Source of the DNA: Octopus vulgaris
Taxonomy: Eukaryota
DNA: 64,000 bases
Direction: 5' to 3'
NCBI GenBank assembly: GCA_951406725.2
Contig: OX597831.1
Span: forward strand, 69,564,001 to 69,628,000
The notes below the pieces were generated by a model. That model did not search any database. It saw only the letters and a list, made by a program, of their open reading frames with translations, and was not told the origin of the DNA. Shown here in pieces: positions 36,174 to 50,265 of this stretch; the stretch's first letter is position 1; each line of letters starts with the position of its first letter. A program made the position numbers and the translations under genes.

Positions 36174-37821
36174 TATGTATGTGTGTGAGTGTGTGTGTGT
36201 GTATTTGTGTGCATGTAAGCAGCTGTATATGCTTAAAACAAAACTTTTATTAAGTAAAGAATTTCTAAACCTCTTATTATACAGAAAATAGTTGTATCGC
36301 AAAACTATTTCTCTTGGACCTCATATAAACACATAAGATGATGTTTGAAGCATTCTTTCAGTTTTCTGCTGTAAACTTTCATCTTCACTAAAAACCAAAC
36401 TAAATGCTCTTGATTTCATGTTTGGTTTTCCTTTTCAGATTTTGATTGGAAATATTTTTCTTGAGTGTGTGTGTTGTTGTTTATGCATGAACTTGTAATT
36501 CACTCACACATATTTCGATTTTTTTGATCAATTTTGTATTTTCATAAGATCTCTTTACTGTTTCTTTGAGAGCTGTGCTATTCATTACACCTGACAGCTT
36601 TAGGTAGGGATTAGGTCGCTATTCAATCTTTTATTCTAAGTAGACCTAATAGACTTTCTGTAAGAAACATAGACAAAACATCCAACAGATGCATTCTATG
36701 TTTCCTCAGAGACTTCTGAAGTTTTAGATGTTTTTCACTTTATTTTCGTAATATTTTACTATTTGCTTTCTTTCTTCTAAAAAATACAGAAAAAGTAACA
36801 GAAAATGAAAGCTTTTTTTTCTTTTTTGGTAATAAATCAATCTTAAATTGATAGATTGGCCACTGCCTCCATTTGAAAGTATCAAGTTCAGCCTGACTAT
36901 CAACTTACCTAAGACAAATGAGAGCGAAATCTCATTATGACAGAACTAACAGTAACAGTAGTTTTGTTAGCTTCACTGTTATTGAAGTAAATTGATGAAC
37001 ATCAATCTTTTGAAGTATACTGAACAGGATTATATCCGAACAAGAAACAGCCTTTGAATCGAGTAAAAGAAAATATTTAATTTAAGATAATAGGACACAT
37101 TGCTAGAATTATGTTTTTTAAATTGTATTACTACATGAGTAGGATGAAATCTCTGGAATAAGAAGTGGTGAGGTTCATTCAAGTTTGTTAAATTACTATG
37201 AATGTCAGGGGAAAATGAATACTAGAGAAAACATTCTGCAGTACACAACATACATAATTTCTTACCAGATTTTGTGTTCAATTCTTAATAGTGTTGTTGA
37301 CTTGAAATTTCGTTCCTTCTCATTTGGTGTAATAAATGCTGGTAATATATTCAGGTTGATTCAAATAACTAGGTTTGTATTCAGGTCAAACCTCCAAAAT
37401 GAAATCAATATTAAGCCTAAGACATTCAAGCTAGAGCTTCAGAAATTATGACACAAAAAATTGCTAGGACCGCATAAAAGCATAGAAGTGGGGCGTAAGC
37501 ATTAAATTTGTCATGAAGTAGAATAACCAGAAATATATGGAAAGGCACATTCCATTATAAATGTAGTAGAAACAGTTAAAGGAAATGTAATGAAGAACTT
37601 CAATGCCAAAGAATGATTATGAATCAACTGGATGAATTTCTTCTAAATTTGTTATAAAAAAAACATTGCCTGCCATACCATATATGGAATTTAAAAGCAG
37701 GAAATGTAGTGGAACATATATGGAGCAAACTGCACATTTTGTTTCATGTCCCTTGTTGCATCTTCAATAATGGTGAAGTTATAAAATTCTTTAGCTATTA
37801 TTAAACAGAAATTTTTGTGTC

Positions 37822-38222
37822 TTTTACTCTACTCTCTTTTACTTGTTTCAGTCATTTTACTGTGGCCATGCTGGAGCACCGCCTTTAGTCGAGCAAATCG
37901 ACCCCAGGACTTATTCTTTGTAAGCCCAGTACTTATTCTATCGATCTCTTTTGCCGAACTGCTAAGTTACGGGGACGTAAACACACCTGCATCAGTTGTC
38001 AAGCGATGTTGGAGGGACAAACACAGACACACAAACACACACACACATATATATACATATATACGATGGGCTTCTTTCAGTTTCCGTCTACCAAATCCAC
38101 TCACAAGGCTTTGATCAGCCCGAAGCTATAGTAGAAGACACTTGCCCAAGGTGGCACGCAGTGGGACTGAACCCGGAACCATGTGGTTGGTAAGCAAGCT
38201 ACTTACCACAAAGCCACTCGCG
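37822..38222 (-). mobile_element. SINE family A
   Basis: Homology to the other copies. Confidence 0.93.
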
Positions 38223-39016
38223 CATAAAAAATAATTTAATTGAAACCAAAATGTACCACAGGGCAGCCAACCACTTTCTCATTCTGGCTGCATTAAAGAA
38301 ATGTGGGATAAATTTATTGCTAGATAAGAATTGAGATTATCATCAGTAGATTTCTCAATGAATTTAATGAATCACAGCAACCAAGGTACTATTCTGTGAC
38401 TATTGAGTACATTTGTGATTTAAATCTCTAAACTGTAATAACTCAGAGTTAAGTGGATTTACCAAGTGAGAGAAAAGTGTTTTACCAGTGACAAGATGCT
38501 GGCCAACCATCCTCAGCTGGTTGTTCAGTCCCATATTCACACAAATTTCAAGTGTAACATACAGATCATTTTTTAATGAAAGAATTCTTTTGAATTCTGG
38601 TACTGCTAAAATTTTTAAAACAATAACTTTTTCCTTTGTGTATCACTCAATTTCACCAAACATAGTTGTTAATACTAGTGGAAGCAATTAAGTTTGTCAT
38701 TAGAAGAGATGGTTTCCAGGTGGAAATTGTGATATTGGTATTAAACAATACGTGGTGGTATCAAAAGGTTCCCAAACTAGTTTTGTTTAATAAAAGATAA
38801 CTTAGAAAATTACAATTTTTAAATCTCACAATGTGAGATACTCAGCAACAGTACTTTGTAGTAAAGATTATTTACCAACATAACCTGACAGTCCCGGTCT
38901 AGGACGAATGTTGCTGTAATTTATCCCCAGGAGACATCGTCTCCAGCTGGCTCTTGGACACGATCTGTATCTTTACATTTTCGAATGAGGGAATCTAGCA
39001 CCCCCACTCAGCTCAA

Positions 39017-39077
39017 AACAATGTCTGTGTATCACGATTTCCAGGTTATTTCCCTTCATCAGCACAGAATAATTGTT
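39017..39077 (-). ncRNA. Candidate type I minimal hammerhead ribozyme
   Basis: Reverse complement tctgtg-CTGATGA-agg gaaataa cct-g-GAAA-tcgtga-TA-cacaga: 6-bp stem I, both core boxes, short stem II, near-palindromic stem III; one extra G before GAAA. Confidence 0.6.
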
Positions 39078-39090
39078 CAGCTAGAGGTTA

Positions 39091-40930
39091 ATTCTTTATT
39101 ACAGGCACAAGGCCTAACACGGAGGGGACATGCAGCAACAAAAAATACATGAAAGGATGAATGTAAAATGAATTAAATTACAATGAAATGAAACAGTAAT
39201 CTTGCTCCCGCACCGAGATGAAACCGTGAATTCCCTTTAAACTTTACATAACAACCTCCAGCCTCGCTCCGAGGCGAAACCGCGACTTCCCTTTTCGCTT
39301 TCACCATACAATTTTAAAATGTTTTAAACAAATGTTCATACAGGATTTACTTATTTCTTTCCTTTTTTTCTAAACAAAATGTTTAACCAAATGTTCTTCT
39401 CGGTATTTCATAGTCGTTAAAATTAACCACGACTTACCACTTCACCTTCTCCCTTCCGTCCACATAATTCACCACCGAAGCGCGTGGTTCAACATCGTCC
39501 TCCGGCCTCAGTGGATTTACTCTTTCACAATGTCTTCCAATTCTGAAATTCTTTCACCTTTGGGGTCTCCTATATTTCACTATAATTTTCGTTTTGTTTG
39601 TGTTTTGCATGTTGGCGCTTTTTGTCTCTGTGTTTCTGCAGTTTTTGGCTTTCGTGTGATTGTATCTGTATCTCTGTGTGTTCGTGTATTTGTGTGTCTG
39701 TGTGTTCGTTTGACTGTAATTCTGCAGGTTTCGTCGGTATGTCTATGTCTTTAGGTTTCCGTAATTCTGGGTTGTCTTGTTTCTATTCGTTATTACTTGT
39801 GTGCTTTTGCATGTCTATGTGTTTGCGTGTCTGCTGGTCTGAATGACTCTGTACTTGTAAATCCTTCACTGGTGATCCTACTGGTAAATCTTCCCCGTTT
39901 CTCATCGAGGGTTGGGTTGCCTCTTCTATTGCTTTGTACTTCTTCAATTCCACTATCATCGGTGACTTCTTTTTCTCTCTTTTTCTGGCTTACACCTCCG
40001 CAAAGTTCCCATCATGTTCTGTTTTCTGCTTCTGCTGTTTTTCTACCATTATATTCTCCTGAATACTCTTCTTTACCATTTCCACTGATGCTCTCGGCCA
40101 TTTCTTTCTCAGGTGCCTTCTTTCACCACATTCGTAACACTTTGGGGATCTCCCCTCCAACATTATCTCCAGCTTTTCTTCATTTGGTAGCTCTAAAGTT
40201 TCAGGTATTTCATCGTAGTATTTTGGGCTCACTGCTCAAACTATCTCTAATCCGTTACCCCACCACTTCACTTGTTGGGTTCAGCTTATCATGCAAATCC
40301 TCACGTCTTTGCTTTCCTTCCTCATCTCCGAATAAAAAAATTGCGGCTATTATCCACTCTGGGCCTATCAACGGTGGGATTCTTCCCACCCTAATTCTAA
40401 CAATTCTTTTGTCCAAACAGTTTGGCATCAAAGTCCATTTTTCTCCCTGTATCAGCTTTTTGTAGGTTCTTTCCACCTCCTCTTCTCATACAAAGGTTAT
40501 CACTATCGACGCATATCTCTTTCCTCTCATAAAGAACGTTATGCTGTCTCCTATCTGTTCTTCCAAAATTTCTATTTCTTCCTGCGGCGCTTGTTCAATT
40601 CGTCTCTTTCTATTCGAAAATGTTCTGAATATGACCGTCTTCCTTTCCATTTTCACTTTCCTCCTCTGGCAGGGTCATTTTTATATTTGACCCTTCCTTC
40701 TTTACCATACCATAATATTTCTTTATCAGCTCTTCATTCCACTGTAACATCTCCTGTTTCAGTACACGTGTGATAGGGAAACTCGTTCTCCAGTAGCTTC
40801 TGCATAAATTCTCATTTTTCACAGTTATTCACCACCACCCAACAATAGTGGCTTCGCACAAAAAAAAGTCATCTAGAGTTCTTCAAAATACAAAAAATTG
40901 TTCGGCTAGAAGTTGCACTGCCAAATTCCC
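39091..40930 (-). mobile_element. Non-autonomous retroelement with decayed ORF1/gag-like zinc-knuckle protein and low-complexity QTQ/NT-rich tail
   Basis: ORFs 40255-40476 (RIVRIRVGRIPP.I..EWI) and 39990-40232 (LEGRSPKCYECGERRHLRKKWP, degenerate CCHC); no RT seen; 3' end resembles the SINE B tail. Confidence 0.7.
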
Positions 40931-41639
40931 GTTCGAAATATATAGTTTTCATAGTAACAGCTAGTCACTGATTTATAAATTATAAAATTACTATTTTTAA
41001 ATCTCACAACGTGAGAAATTCAGCAACAGTACTTTGAAGTAAAGATTGCTTGCCAATATATCATGGCAGTCCCCGTCTAGAACTAATGTTGCAGTAATTC
41101 AGCTAGCTGGAGACTTTTGGAATCTGGCCTGGAAGTTGTTTTCTGTGAGTTGAAGACCTTCTGCGATTTAATCTCAATCTCAATAACCATGTTAAAATGT
41201 TGACCTTTGAGCTGCATTTTCACCTCGAGGAAGAGATGCAAGTTTTCCTGTGCTATATTTGGTGAATAGGATGGGTCCAGAAGTGATACCATATTGTATT
41301 TGGTGATAATCTCAAAGTGAGGAGAAATTGGTGAAAAATCCAATACAGATGCCGACGACCGCTTTGTTCAAAGCCTCCCTGGACCTCAAGTGGCCTGAAC
41401 TCTTTACATGAATACCACCCTGTACTTAACTCCATGTCCCCCTACATGGCCTTGCTATTTGCTTTTGAGCCAAATTAACTAATTAACTAACTAACTAAAT
41501 GCTTCAAAGCGTCTCAGCAGATCTCTCAAAGGATGATCTGGCCCTGGGGGATGAATTCTCAATGCACAGTAGCACATTTCCTGAGGTGATGCTCGTGGCA
41601 GGTCTTTCAGATCACTCATTGTCTTTCAGGGACTGAGCA

Positions 41640-41975
41640 GCCAACTGGCTTCCGTACCCGTGGCACGTAAAAGGGCACCGTTCGAGCGTGATCGTTACCA
41701 AAGTCGCCTTACTGGCACCTGTGCTGGTGGCATGTATAAAAGGATTCGAGCGAGGTTGTTGCCAGTACCACCTGACTGGCCCCCGTGCAGGTGGCACGTA
41801 AAAAGCACCCACTACACTCTCGGAGTGGTTGGCGTTAGGAAGGGCATCCAGCTGTAGAAACTCTGCCAGATCAAGACTGGAGCCTGGTGCAGCCATCCGG
41901 TTGCCAGCCCTCAGTCAAAATCGTCAAACCCATGCTAGCATGGAAAACGGACGTTAAATGATGATGATGATGATG
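41640..41975 (+). mobile_element. RTE-type 3' end inserted in the mariner
   Basis: ggtggcacgtaaaaagcacccactacactctcggagtggttggcgttaggaagggcatccag...gttaaatgatgatgatg. Confidence 0.88.
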
Positions 41976-44297
41976 TGCCACTCAAAACATTGTGTACAGC
42001 CCAATGCCTCATAGTCGTAAGCTTGCCAAAGCATGTTCAATGTTTCTGTAGCAGACCTCGCAAGTTTAACACAAAATTTCACGTTGGCTCTTAGTTCCTG
42101 TCCATGACAAAAATCGCTTAATACAGCATACATGTGATCACAAAAAATACAAATTTCACAACTTGCAAAGTAAACATAACAATATCACTTGGTACACCAT
42201 CTTAAGAAGGTTAGTGCTAACTCTCACTGTACATGCAACCGTTTGCTGCCATCTGTAGGTGAGAACTTTTTGATACCACCTCGTATTTGTAAGTTGAAAG
42301 CATGCAGAAAACAGAGCCCTGTGTTGCACATATGGAAATGTGTATCAAGCAACTTAATTGTTCACATGCTCATAGTTATAGAGTGTGCAGAAAATCTTAA
42401 AGAAAAAGTGAAATGATTTTTGGGTTTGTCTTTTGTTATTTACTAATATATTTATGGGACCTCTGCATGCTTATTTCTCAAAGAAACAAGTTAATTTTAG
42501 TCAAAGTTCTGGTAATTCAATTTAAAATACCTATATTCTTCTGCTCAAATTCATGTCACTGGAATAGGACTATGTATGTTAGAGTGAGTATTGATTGTAT
42601 CATCTTTTAAGCATTAGTTGTACTTTATCAACACTCAGAACTCAAAAAGTAGAGGGATAGAAATAGATACTACAAAGCATATAGTTTGTTCTGGTAGGCC
42701 TTGCCATGATGTTGATGATTAATTTGGTGGTCTCTCTAATGATACAAGCTATTAGAATTGATTTATATTATGGGATATCTTTATAATTGGGGTATAATTT
42801 TGAATCAATGACAGCAATGACAGTAATGAACTCCACTACTTTACTACTAGAGAAGAATTATTTATTAATCAATGATTTTTGGCTTCTAATGTACCTGATT
42901 TATTATACGCTATTCTTAAAATTTTTAATTGCTTATATTGACCTTTCCCCAGTTTTATGGTTAGTTATTGGCAAGATAATCTCATATATATATATATATA
43001 TATATACATACATACAGAGAGATAGATAAATATTGGTATGTGCATGATAAAAAACTGCTGTAATTTTTATAGTTACGTTTAAACTTTACTTTCATAGAAA
43101 CTTAGACAGACAAGTTTCCTATAAGAACATATATAATTTAAGAAAAATAATTACTTTAAAAAATTTCTTTTGCAAAATTTTACTGTCTTTTTTTTTTATC
43201 TTTCTCCAGTAGTGTAGCTTTTATTGTCTAAATGAAAATAAAGAACTTTTATTTGGTATTTGTTTAAAACTGTACTCTCCAGAGAAAATATAACTGCAGG
43301 AAAACATTATTTTCACTGTCTAGGTTGATGTGCTTGAAAAATAATCTTAATACAATTGAGGTTACATTACTACTGAAATTCCTTAATTTATCTTATAACA
43401 TTTACTCATTAGAGACTCCAGTCATTACAATAATAACACAAAAAAAAATATATGCAAATATTTAAATATAAACATTCTCTTCTCCCTGCAGGCTGTCTTG
43501 AATATAAATATGGTATTATTTATTAGTTGGGATACCTTTGGGTTAAAGATAGAAAGAAGTGAAAAGTCATAATATTAATGTCCTTCCATTATGTATGTTT
43601 TATTTGTGGCTACGACTTTAATTCTTGAAGCAATTTAAATACTTTCTTGGCTATATTTCAGAAAGTAAAAGGAAATTTTGTCAGAAGACATTTATGAAAT
43701 GTTAAATCTTTCAAGAGTCTCAAATGATCATGACAGAGACTGTTGAAGAGCAATTAATAATTAAAACGATTGTGATATGACATACTTCACTGATTTATGT
43801 ATTACAGAATCATTTATATAGTTTCTGTTGAAGAAATTTTGCCTAAATTAGCATTTGGAATACATTCAGTCTTACAAAGTCCAAGAATTTGTTTTCTATC
43901 TTCGTCTGAATCATATTCCTACTAGCAGCACAATATTGATTAACCATTCTTCAGTCATTTTTATCATCATAGATTATCAAAATTGTTAGAATGTCAGAGA
44001 AAATTAATTGTGGTACTTGTTCCAAATATCCACACTTGAAGTTCAGATACAACTAAGGTCACCTTAGCTTTTCAGCTTACCAAGGGCGATAAATAAAGCA
44101 GTAGTCAGGTATTGGGATAAATACAATTGATATGATTTTGTCCAGTTTTTACGATTTTGTACAGAAATCACGCTTTCAAAATTTTAATTTCCCTCTATCC
44201 CCACCGCAATTTCTTAATTTGTAACTTTTTCAAATATTTTTTGTTTTTTATCTACGTAGAAAAATAAAGAGATTACGATGAGAAATATATATATATA

Positions 44298-44632
<335 letters not shown>

Positions 44633-45670
44633 TAACTTTTCTTTAAGAAACACTCAATTTCCCTTCCCCCACATCACACACCCATCACCTACCAGCTTTC
44701 AAAAAGCTAAAATCTCAAAATCTTTCACTTTTGTCTGATGTTTCCTGCATGCATAGAATTCTACTGAAATAGTAGACTTGAAAAATACCAGACCACCACC
44801 AGAAAACCCGACATGCTAGAAACAACAGTAAACGTTGTTTACTGAAGAAACTTCCTTGCTTTCCAAAAAGCTAAAAGTGAACATTGGGAGTGTGTAGCCT
44901 TTTGAAAGTGGAGAGGTGATGGGTAAAATTCTTAAAGATTTGTACTCTCTGTTTTTTCTCCATGGATTACCAAGAATAAACATTTGGAAAAAGTAAATAA
45001 TTAATTTGGTGTGGAGAGGAAGAGAATTAAAATATCGAGAACGTGTTTTGTGGGTGAATCTCCTATATTGCAAACATAGGAATCGGAAGAAATTTAGGGG
45101 AAAAAAAATAATGGTGGAGGCGGAAATGTCACCTTGGATGTGCTAGAAAGAAGAAGTAAAGGACAGGATTTCTGGGAAAACTTCCTTTTAAGTTTATATT
45201 GAGGATCAGGTTTTTAAATATGCTCATCACAAACACAAATTACACAATAGAAAAATATCATTTCAATTAAGTTTGAGCTGTAGACTTGCACATGAACACT
45301 GCAAGAATTAACATAATTCGCACAGAAGTTTTACCTAAAATGTGTGTCAAAGGAAGTTATGTTATGGCATTTTTTCATTTTAAGAAGCAAAGTTGTCAAC
45401 TCGACACATATGGGACCACATGATTGTTTGTTAATTTCCGTAAAATTGTTTTAATTTCTTATGCTTTGAAGAAAGCAGAAATCGAAAGAGAGGATAAAGT
45501 GAAATGGCGACATTTGCTTTGAAGCGAAAGGAGAAAGTAAAAGAGAAGAGAAAGTTTAAGATGTACGTGTATATGAAATGGACATGTGTGTGAGAGAGAG
45601 AGAGAGTGAGTGAGTGAATGTGTGTGTTTTGATGTATGAATTTTTTTTGCATTTATGTGCATGTGGCACT

Positions 45671-45705
<35 letters not shown>

Positions 45706-45836
45706 ACATTAGCTTTCATATCGTACGTAAGTAGGTGGAGGTAAAGAATACGCTCACCGCCCCACTTTGGCGTAACCCTGACCCTAAGCACAATTGCGTA
45801 TCCTTGACCTTCGCCCATAAATACATTGCATACATC

Positions 45837-45871
<35 letters not shown>

Positions 45872-46424
45872 GCTATATTTCCTCATAACATAGAGAAAAA
45901 TGGATGTCTTTTAATGCAACTTTTTGGGTTGTGGCTTATTTTAATACAATATTTATGGGTACATTTTCATAAATGTTTGTCTGAGTAGAATTCTACACAT
46001 GTGTGAAGCATCGGACGAAAGTTATACATTAGAAGCAAATCAAAATATTGTCTGAAAATGACCTCAAAATTGTGCAACCCAACCTAGTTGTTGAGATTAT
46101 TTTAGTTGTAAAAAGGTTATTGAGTCAAAAACATAATTTATTTGGTTGATAGATAGATAAGCAGCTTTCTTCATTATAATATACATATAATTAATTCGGA
46201 GAAACATTATTTTCATTATTCACACATTGTTGCTCTTCTAATGCAACACTTTGTAATTTTGGTTCAAATTGAAAGTGTGAAACTATTTTCATTTTGTAAT
46301 GAAACCTGGTCATTGTAGAGAAGTGTATTTGAAATAAATATAGCTGGTTATTGAGATAACATAGAAAATATGTAAATGAAAATAAAGTTTATTTGACATG
46401 CATAATTGATTTGATTGTTCTGGA

Positions 46425-46626
46425 AGGCAGTGAGATGGCAGAATTGTTAGGAAAATGCTTGAACAGTATTTTGTCTGTCTTTACCTTCTGATTTCAAATG
46501 CTGCCTGAGTCATCTTTGCCTTTCATCCTTTCAGGGTCAATAAATTAAATACCAGTGAAACACTGGGGTCTATGTAATCGACTGGTCCCCACACCCGAAA
46601 TTTCAGGCCTTGTGCCTATAGTAGAA
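46425..46626 (+). mobile_element. Older SINE family B-related copy
   Basis: aggcagtgagatggcagaattgttag...tttgcctttcatcctttcagggtcaataaa...ggccttgtgcctatagtagaa. Confidence 0.8.
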
Positions 46627-46912
46627 CGGATTTGATTGTTCTGGTCTTAACATCAGTTGGTAAGAATAGAAGTAATTTGACGACACCTTTTTGTTTGTAA
46701 TTGGCTCTCCTATTACAGGTTCAATCTGAGGAATATTGAAATGATACCCATCTTGTCCATTCCACAGAATAAGAGTATATTGGAGAGCATCATAAGAGGG
46801 ATGAGTCTGTAAAATACGTTTAAGGATGTTATCTCGAGCACAAATGAGAATATCATGATTTTCAATGGGATCACCAACCATATGGATGGCTACTTCATTT
46901 GATGTGGACATA
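46627..46912 (-). pseudogene. Helitron RepHel N-terminal fragment
   Basis: TSNEVAI.MVGD...HDI.....N.LKRI..THPSYDALQY.LI...GQDGYH....KVS...FYSY.LM.R is the conserved region preceding the Helitron Rep domain. Confidence 0.85.
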
Positions 46913-48130
46913 TTAAAACAGTGTAAAATGTTCTTTACTATAGTTTACTATAGACGCAACGAATGCAGAAACACACACACACACACACATACTCACAGAA
47001 TTGATAATATTGAAAACAGAAAAACGTACTCATATGAAGTTCAAGCAAAATGAAATGTAGTCAATATAGGTGCAAAACATACTTTCTGTAGTATAGTTAT
47101 GCTATAAAAAATGGAAAGTCACCAATTTAGCAAAAGTTAGTACGTGTCACCAATGTAAGAAAGTACAGAAAATCAACATATATTTGAAACATGTACTAAA
47201 TGATATAAAATTCACGATTGAATGAATGTCACACTGAAGAAAGTGAAAGTCCAAGAAAATTCAGAAGGTATAATTCAATTTTTCATACAAAAATAATTTA
47301 TTTTACAATTTTGAAACGAACGCTGACCCAAGTGAATAAAAAGGAAGATGCTCTTGTTGTGAACGTTAATTTAAATATTTGCTGAAGGATGTATGTAGCA
47401 AGATATAAATTAATTTGACATTACAATATATGAGTAACGCAGTAAAAAGGTTGTGCAACTTTGATACTTACAGTGATGAAGAATAGAAGGACTGTTAAAA
47501 AAAAACATTATCTTGAAACTGGTTAGAAGGAGTGGAATAACATTTCTGTAATTATATTGAAAAAGCCACTGAGACTTTCTACTTCGCCAATTTCTGAATT
47601 TGTTATAATAACCAGAACAATATTTTTTCAGATATATTTTCGAGGATTTTGAGTGGTGTTAAATCAGCTAAATTTTCATGTTGGTAGTACTTGAAAGTGA
47701 ACGTTGCTGCTTGTTTGAAATCCAGGCCACAAGTAAACTTTAAATATCGGTGCGTTTCATTGTTGGGGGGTGGGGAAGTTGTATACATAAACTAAGAGAG
47801 AGACACATGCACAACACACATACATTAACACACACCTGAAGCCTATCTCTGTCTCTGTGTGTGTTTGTTGCTGTCTTTAAGTGTGTGTGTGTGTGGCAGT
47901 CATCACAAAAATGTATGTATAGTGACAGACACATACACCGTCACACACATATACTTGTCAGTCATCAGCCTAACATAGGTAACGAAGGTGCGAATACACT
48001 CGTAGAAAATGTGACATCTTCGTTGAGGTGGTGATATAAAATGTCATTTACGACTGGTGGTTAAAAGAAAAATGATAATGTTAAATTTTTGTAAATTTTG
48101 AAGAATGAAAGTCTTCCATCATCATCATTA

Positions 48131-50265
48131 TCATTGTTCGACCGTGGTCGAGACAATCGAATTTACCATGCTACGCCAGACTTCACGGTCCATCATGGCA
48201 TTATGGAAGTCCTGTTGCTGGATGCCTGTATCCCTGGAGATTGCATCAGGGTAGGAGAGTGTGCGCCCTCTGGTATTGCGAGTAGATGGCTTCCAGAGGA
48301 GAAGAGTAGAAATTACTTCATTTTCAGCTCTACAACAATGTCCAGCAAACTGGACTCTCCTACCTTTCAAAAGATATGACACAGGTGGTAGTTTCCCATA
48401 TACTTGCATTTTGGTTGGATGGTGCTTCCACGAGAGGTTTTGAGCTCTCATAAGGAGGCGAGTGTAGGTTCCATCCAACCGCCTCTCAAGCTTCTTTGAT
48501 AACGTCCAGGTTTCTGAGCCATATAGTAGAATTGGTTCGACTGTGGCTTTGAAGATTTCAAGTTTGAAGTCTCTACTTAGATTTGATGACCAGATCTTAT
48601 GCATGTCATTACAGGCTGACCAGGCCATACCCTTTCTAGTTAGAAAGTCTTTTCCAGATGATGATATGTATGACCCAAGATATTTATAATCAGAAACCAT
48701 ATTTAAGGGCGCATTGTTGAGAGTATGGATGATGCAATCACTGTTGGACAGGCACTTGTTTATGTATTCAGTTTTGGCCTCATTGAGGTAAAGACCTACA
48801 CAATTTGAGGCTTGTTCAAGAGATTGTAAAAGAGACTGGGCATTGGAGAGAGAATCACTGATAAGAGCAATGTCGTCAGCAAAGTCAGTGTCTGTCAAGT
48901 ACTCAGCTGGGTGTCTGGAACTTCTTGGTTTTATTTCAAAGCCCTTGCCAGAGATGGTATCAACTGACATACGTAGCACATAATCAACAACAATGATGAA
49001 AAGAAATGGGGCGAGTGTGTCTCCCTGCAGTATTCCGGCTTTGATTGAGAAAGATGATGTTTCTCCGTCGGGGGTTAAGATGGTTGAAGACGTATCTGTG
49101 TAGAGGACCTTGATGGCAGAAATGATTTTGTCTGGTATCCCATAGAGCTTAAGGATTTCAAACATCTTGTACCTATCTACAGAATCGAACGCTTTAGAAA
49201 AGTCTACAAATACCATTGCGAGATCGCGATTAAATGCTTTTGATTCTTCAATAAGTCTGCGTAGGCATAGTATCTGGCTCAGCGTTGAGCGCCCATGTCT
49301 GAATCCATTTTGGTTCTTTTGGAGCAAAGGTTCAACAAAAAGGACCAGACGATTTAGGATCAGTTTGTTGTACAGTTTTGCAGCAATTGACATTAGAGAT
49401 ATACCCCTGTAGTTGGTGACGAGGGATAAATCGCCTTTTTTGGGTATTGGAATGATTTGAGATTGGTGCCAAATCTTTGGAGCGACAAAGGTGGAAAGTG
49501 TGTGGTTGCAGAGGTTGAGCAAAAGTGTGTGAAATCTATCATCCTTCCAAATTATAGCTGGGATGTTGTCGGGACCAAATGCTTTCGAGGCTTTTAGTTG
49601 CTTGGTGGCTGCTGTTAGTTCAAATATGGTAAAAGGGGAGGTGTTGATGTCCAGCATGTCTGATATAGGCACACTTGGAAGAGTGGGGTTATCAGGGATT
49701 TTGGCATTCTTCCCAAGGAGGTTTTTAAAATGGGTTGACCAATATTCTAAACGCTTCTTAGCTGATCCCCCTTTAATTCTAATTGATGACCCAGAATTTT
49801 TGCCTGATAGGTCTTTGATGGATTTCCAGGCGAGATGGTGTTTTTTACTAATGTGCTCTTTGGATAGTTTACTAATTTTGCCATTGATAAAGTCGACCTC
49901 GGCGTTCAAGTAAGCCTCATCAAGATTCTTCTTGGCAGCTATGAGTTGGATCTTCAGTGACTGGGATGGAGAACGGTGGTAAGCTAGTGATATAGACTTT
50001 AGATGGTTTCTGGCTTCGATGACGTTTGGGGAATTAGAAGGTTTGCTCTGACCCCTACTCTTCCTTTTGGGAAGAGTAGCCAGTGCAACTTCCTCTGTTG
50101 ATTTGATGAGGCTGCTGTATACTTCTTCAATGTTCCCAGCATCTATTTCAGAAGTAGACAGAGATTGAAATGTGTTATAGACCTCAATAGTAAATTGTTT
50201 GGACATATCGGGGTTAGATAAGACTTCCTCCCAGTCGATCATTTTCATCTGGTGAGGCTTAGCTT
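48131..50265 (-). CDS. LINE ORF linker, reverse transcriptase and C-terminal domain (uninterrupted, ~710 aa); joins the EN part across a 1-nt frameshift near 50264-50267
   Basis: 765-aa ORF in the track whose first ~54 aa are out-of-frame filler; all RT motifs intact. Confidence 0.9.

Larger units (their letters stand above)
38751..42283 (-). mobile_element. mariner (DD34D-type) element with nested insertions
   Basis: TA|cgtggtggtatcaaaaggttccc ... gagaactttttgataccacctcg|TA inverted repeats; ORF 41083-41343 has PSYSPNIAQENLHLFLEVK..LKGQHF (YSPDLAP.DF.LF motif). Confidence 0.85.

Noticed and set aside
39797-40465. 222-aa plus-strand ORF
   Set aside because: Antisense shadow of the purine-rich ORF1-like sequence on the minus strand
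45773-45787. Telomeric repeat (taaccctgaccctaa)
   Set aside because: Only about two imperfect units, too short to interpret
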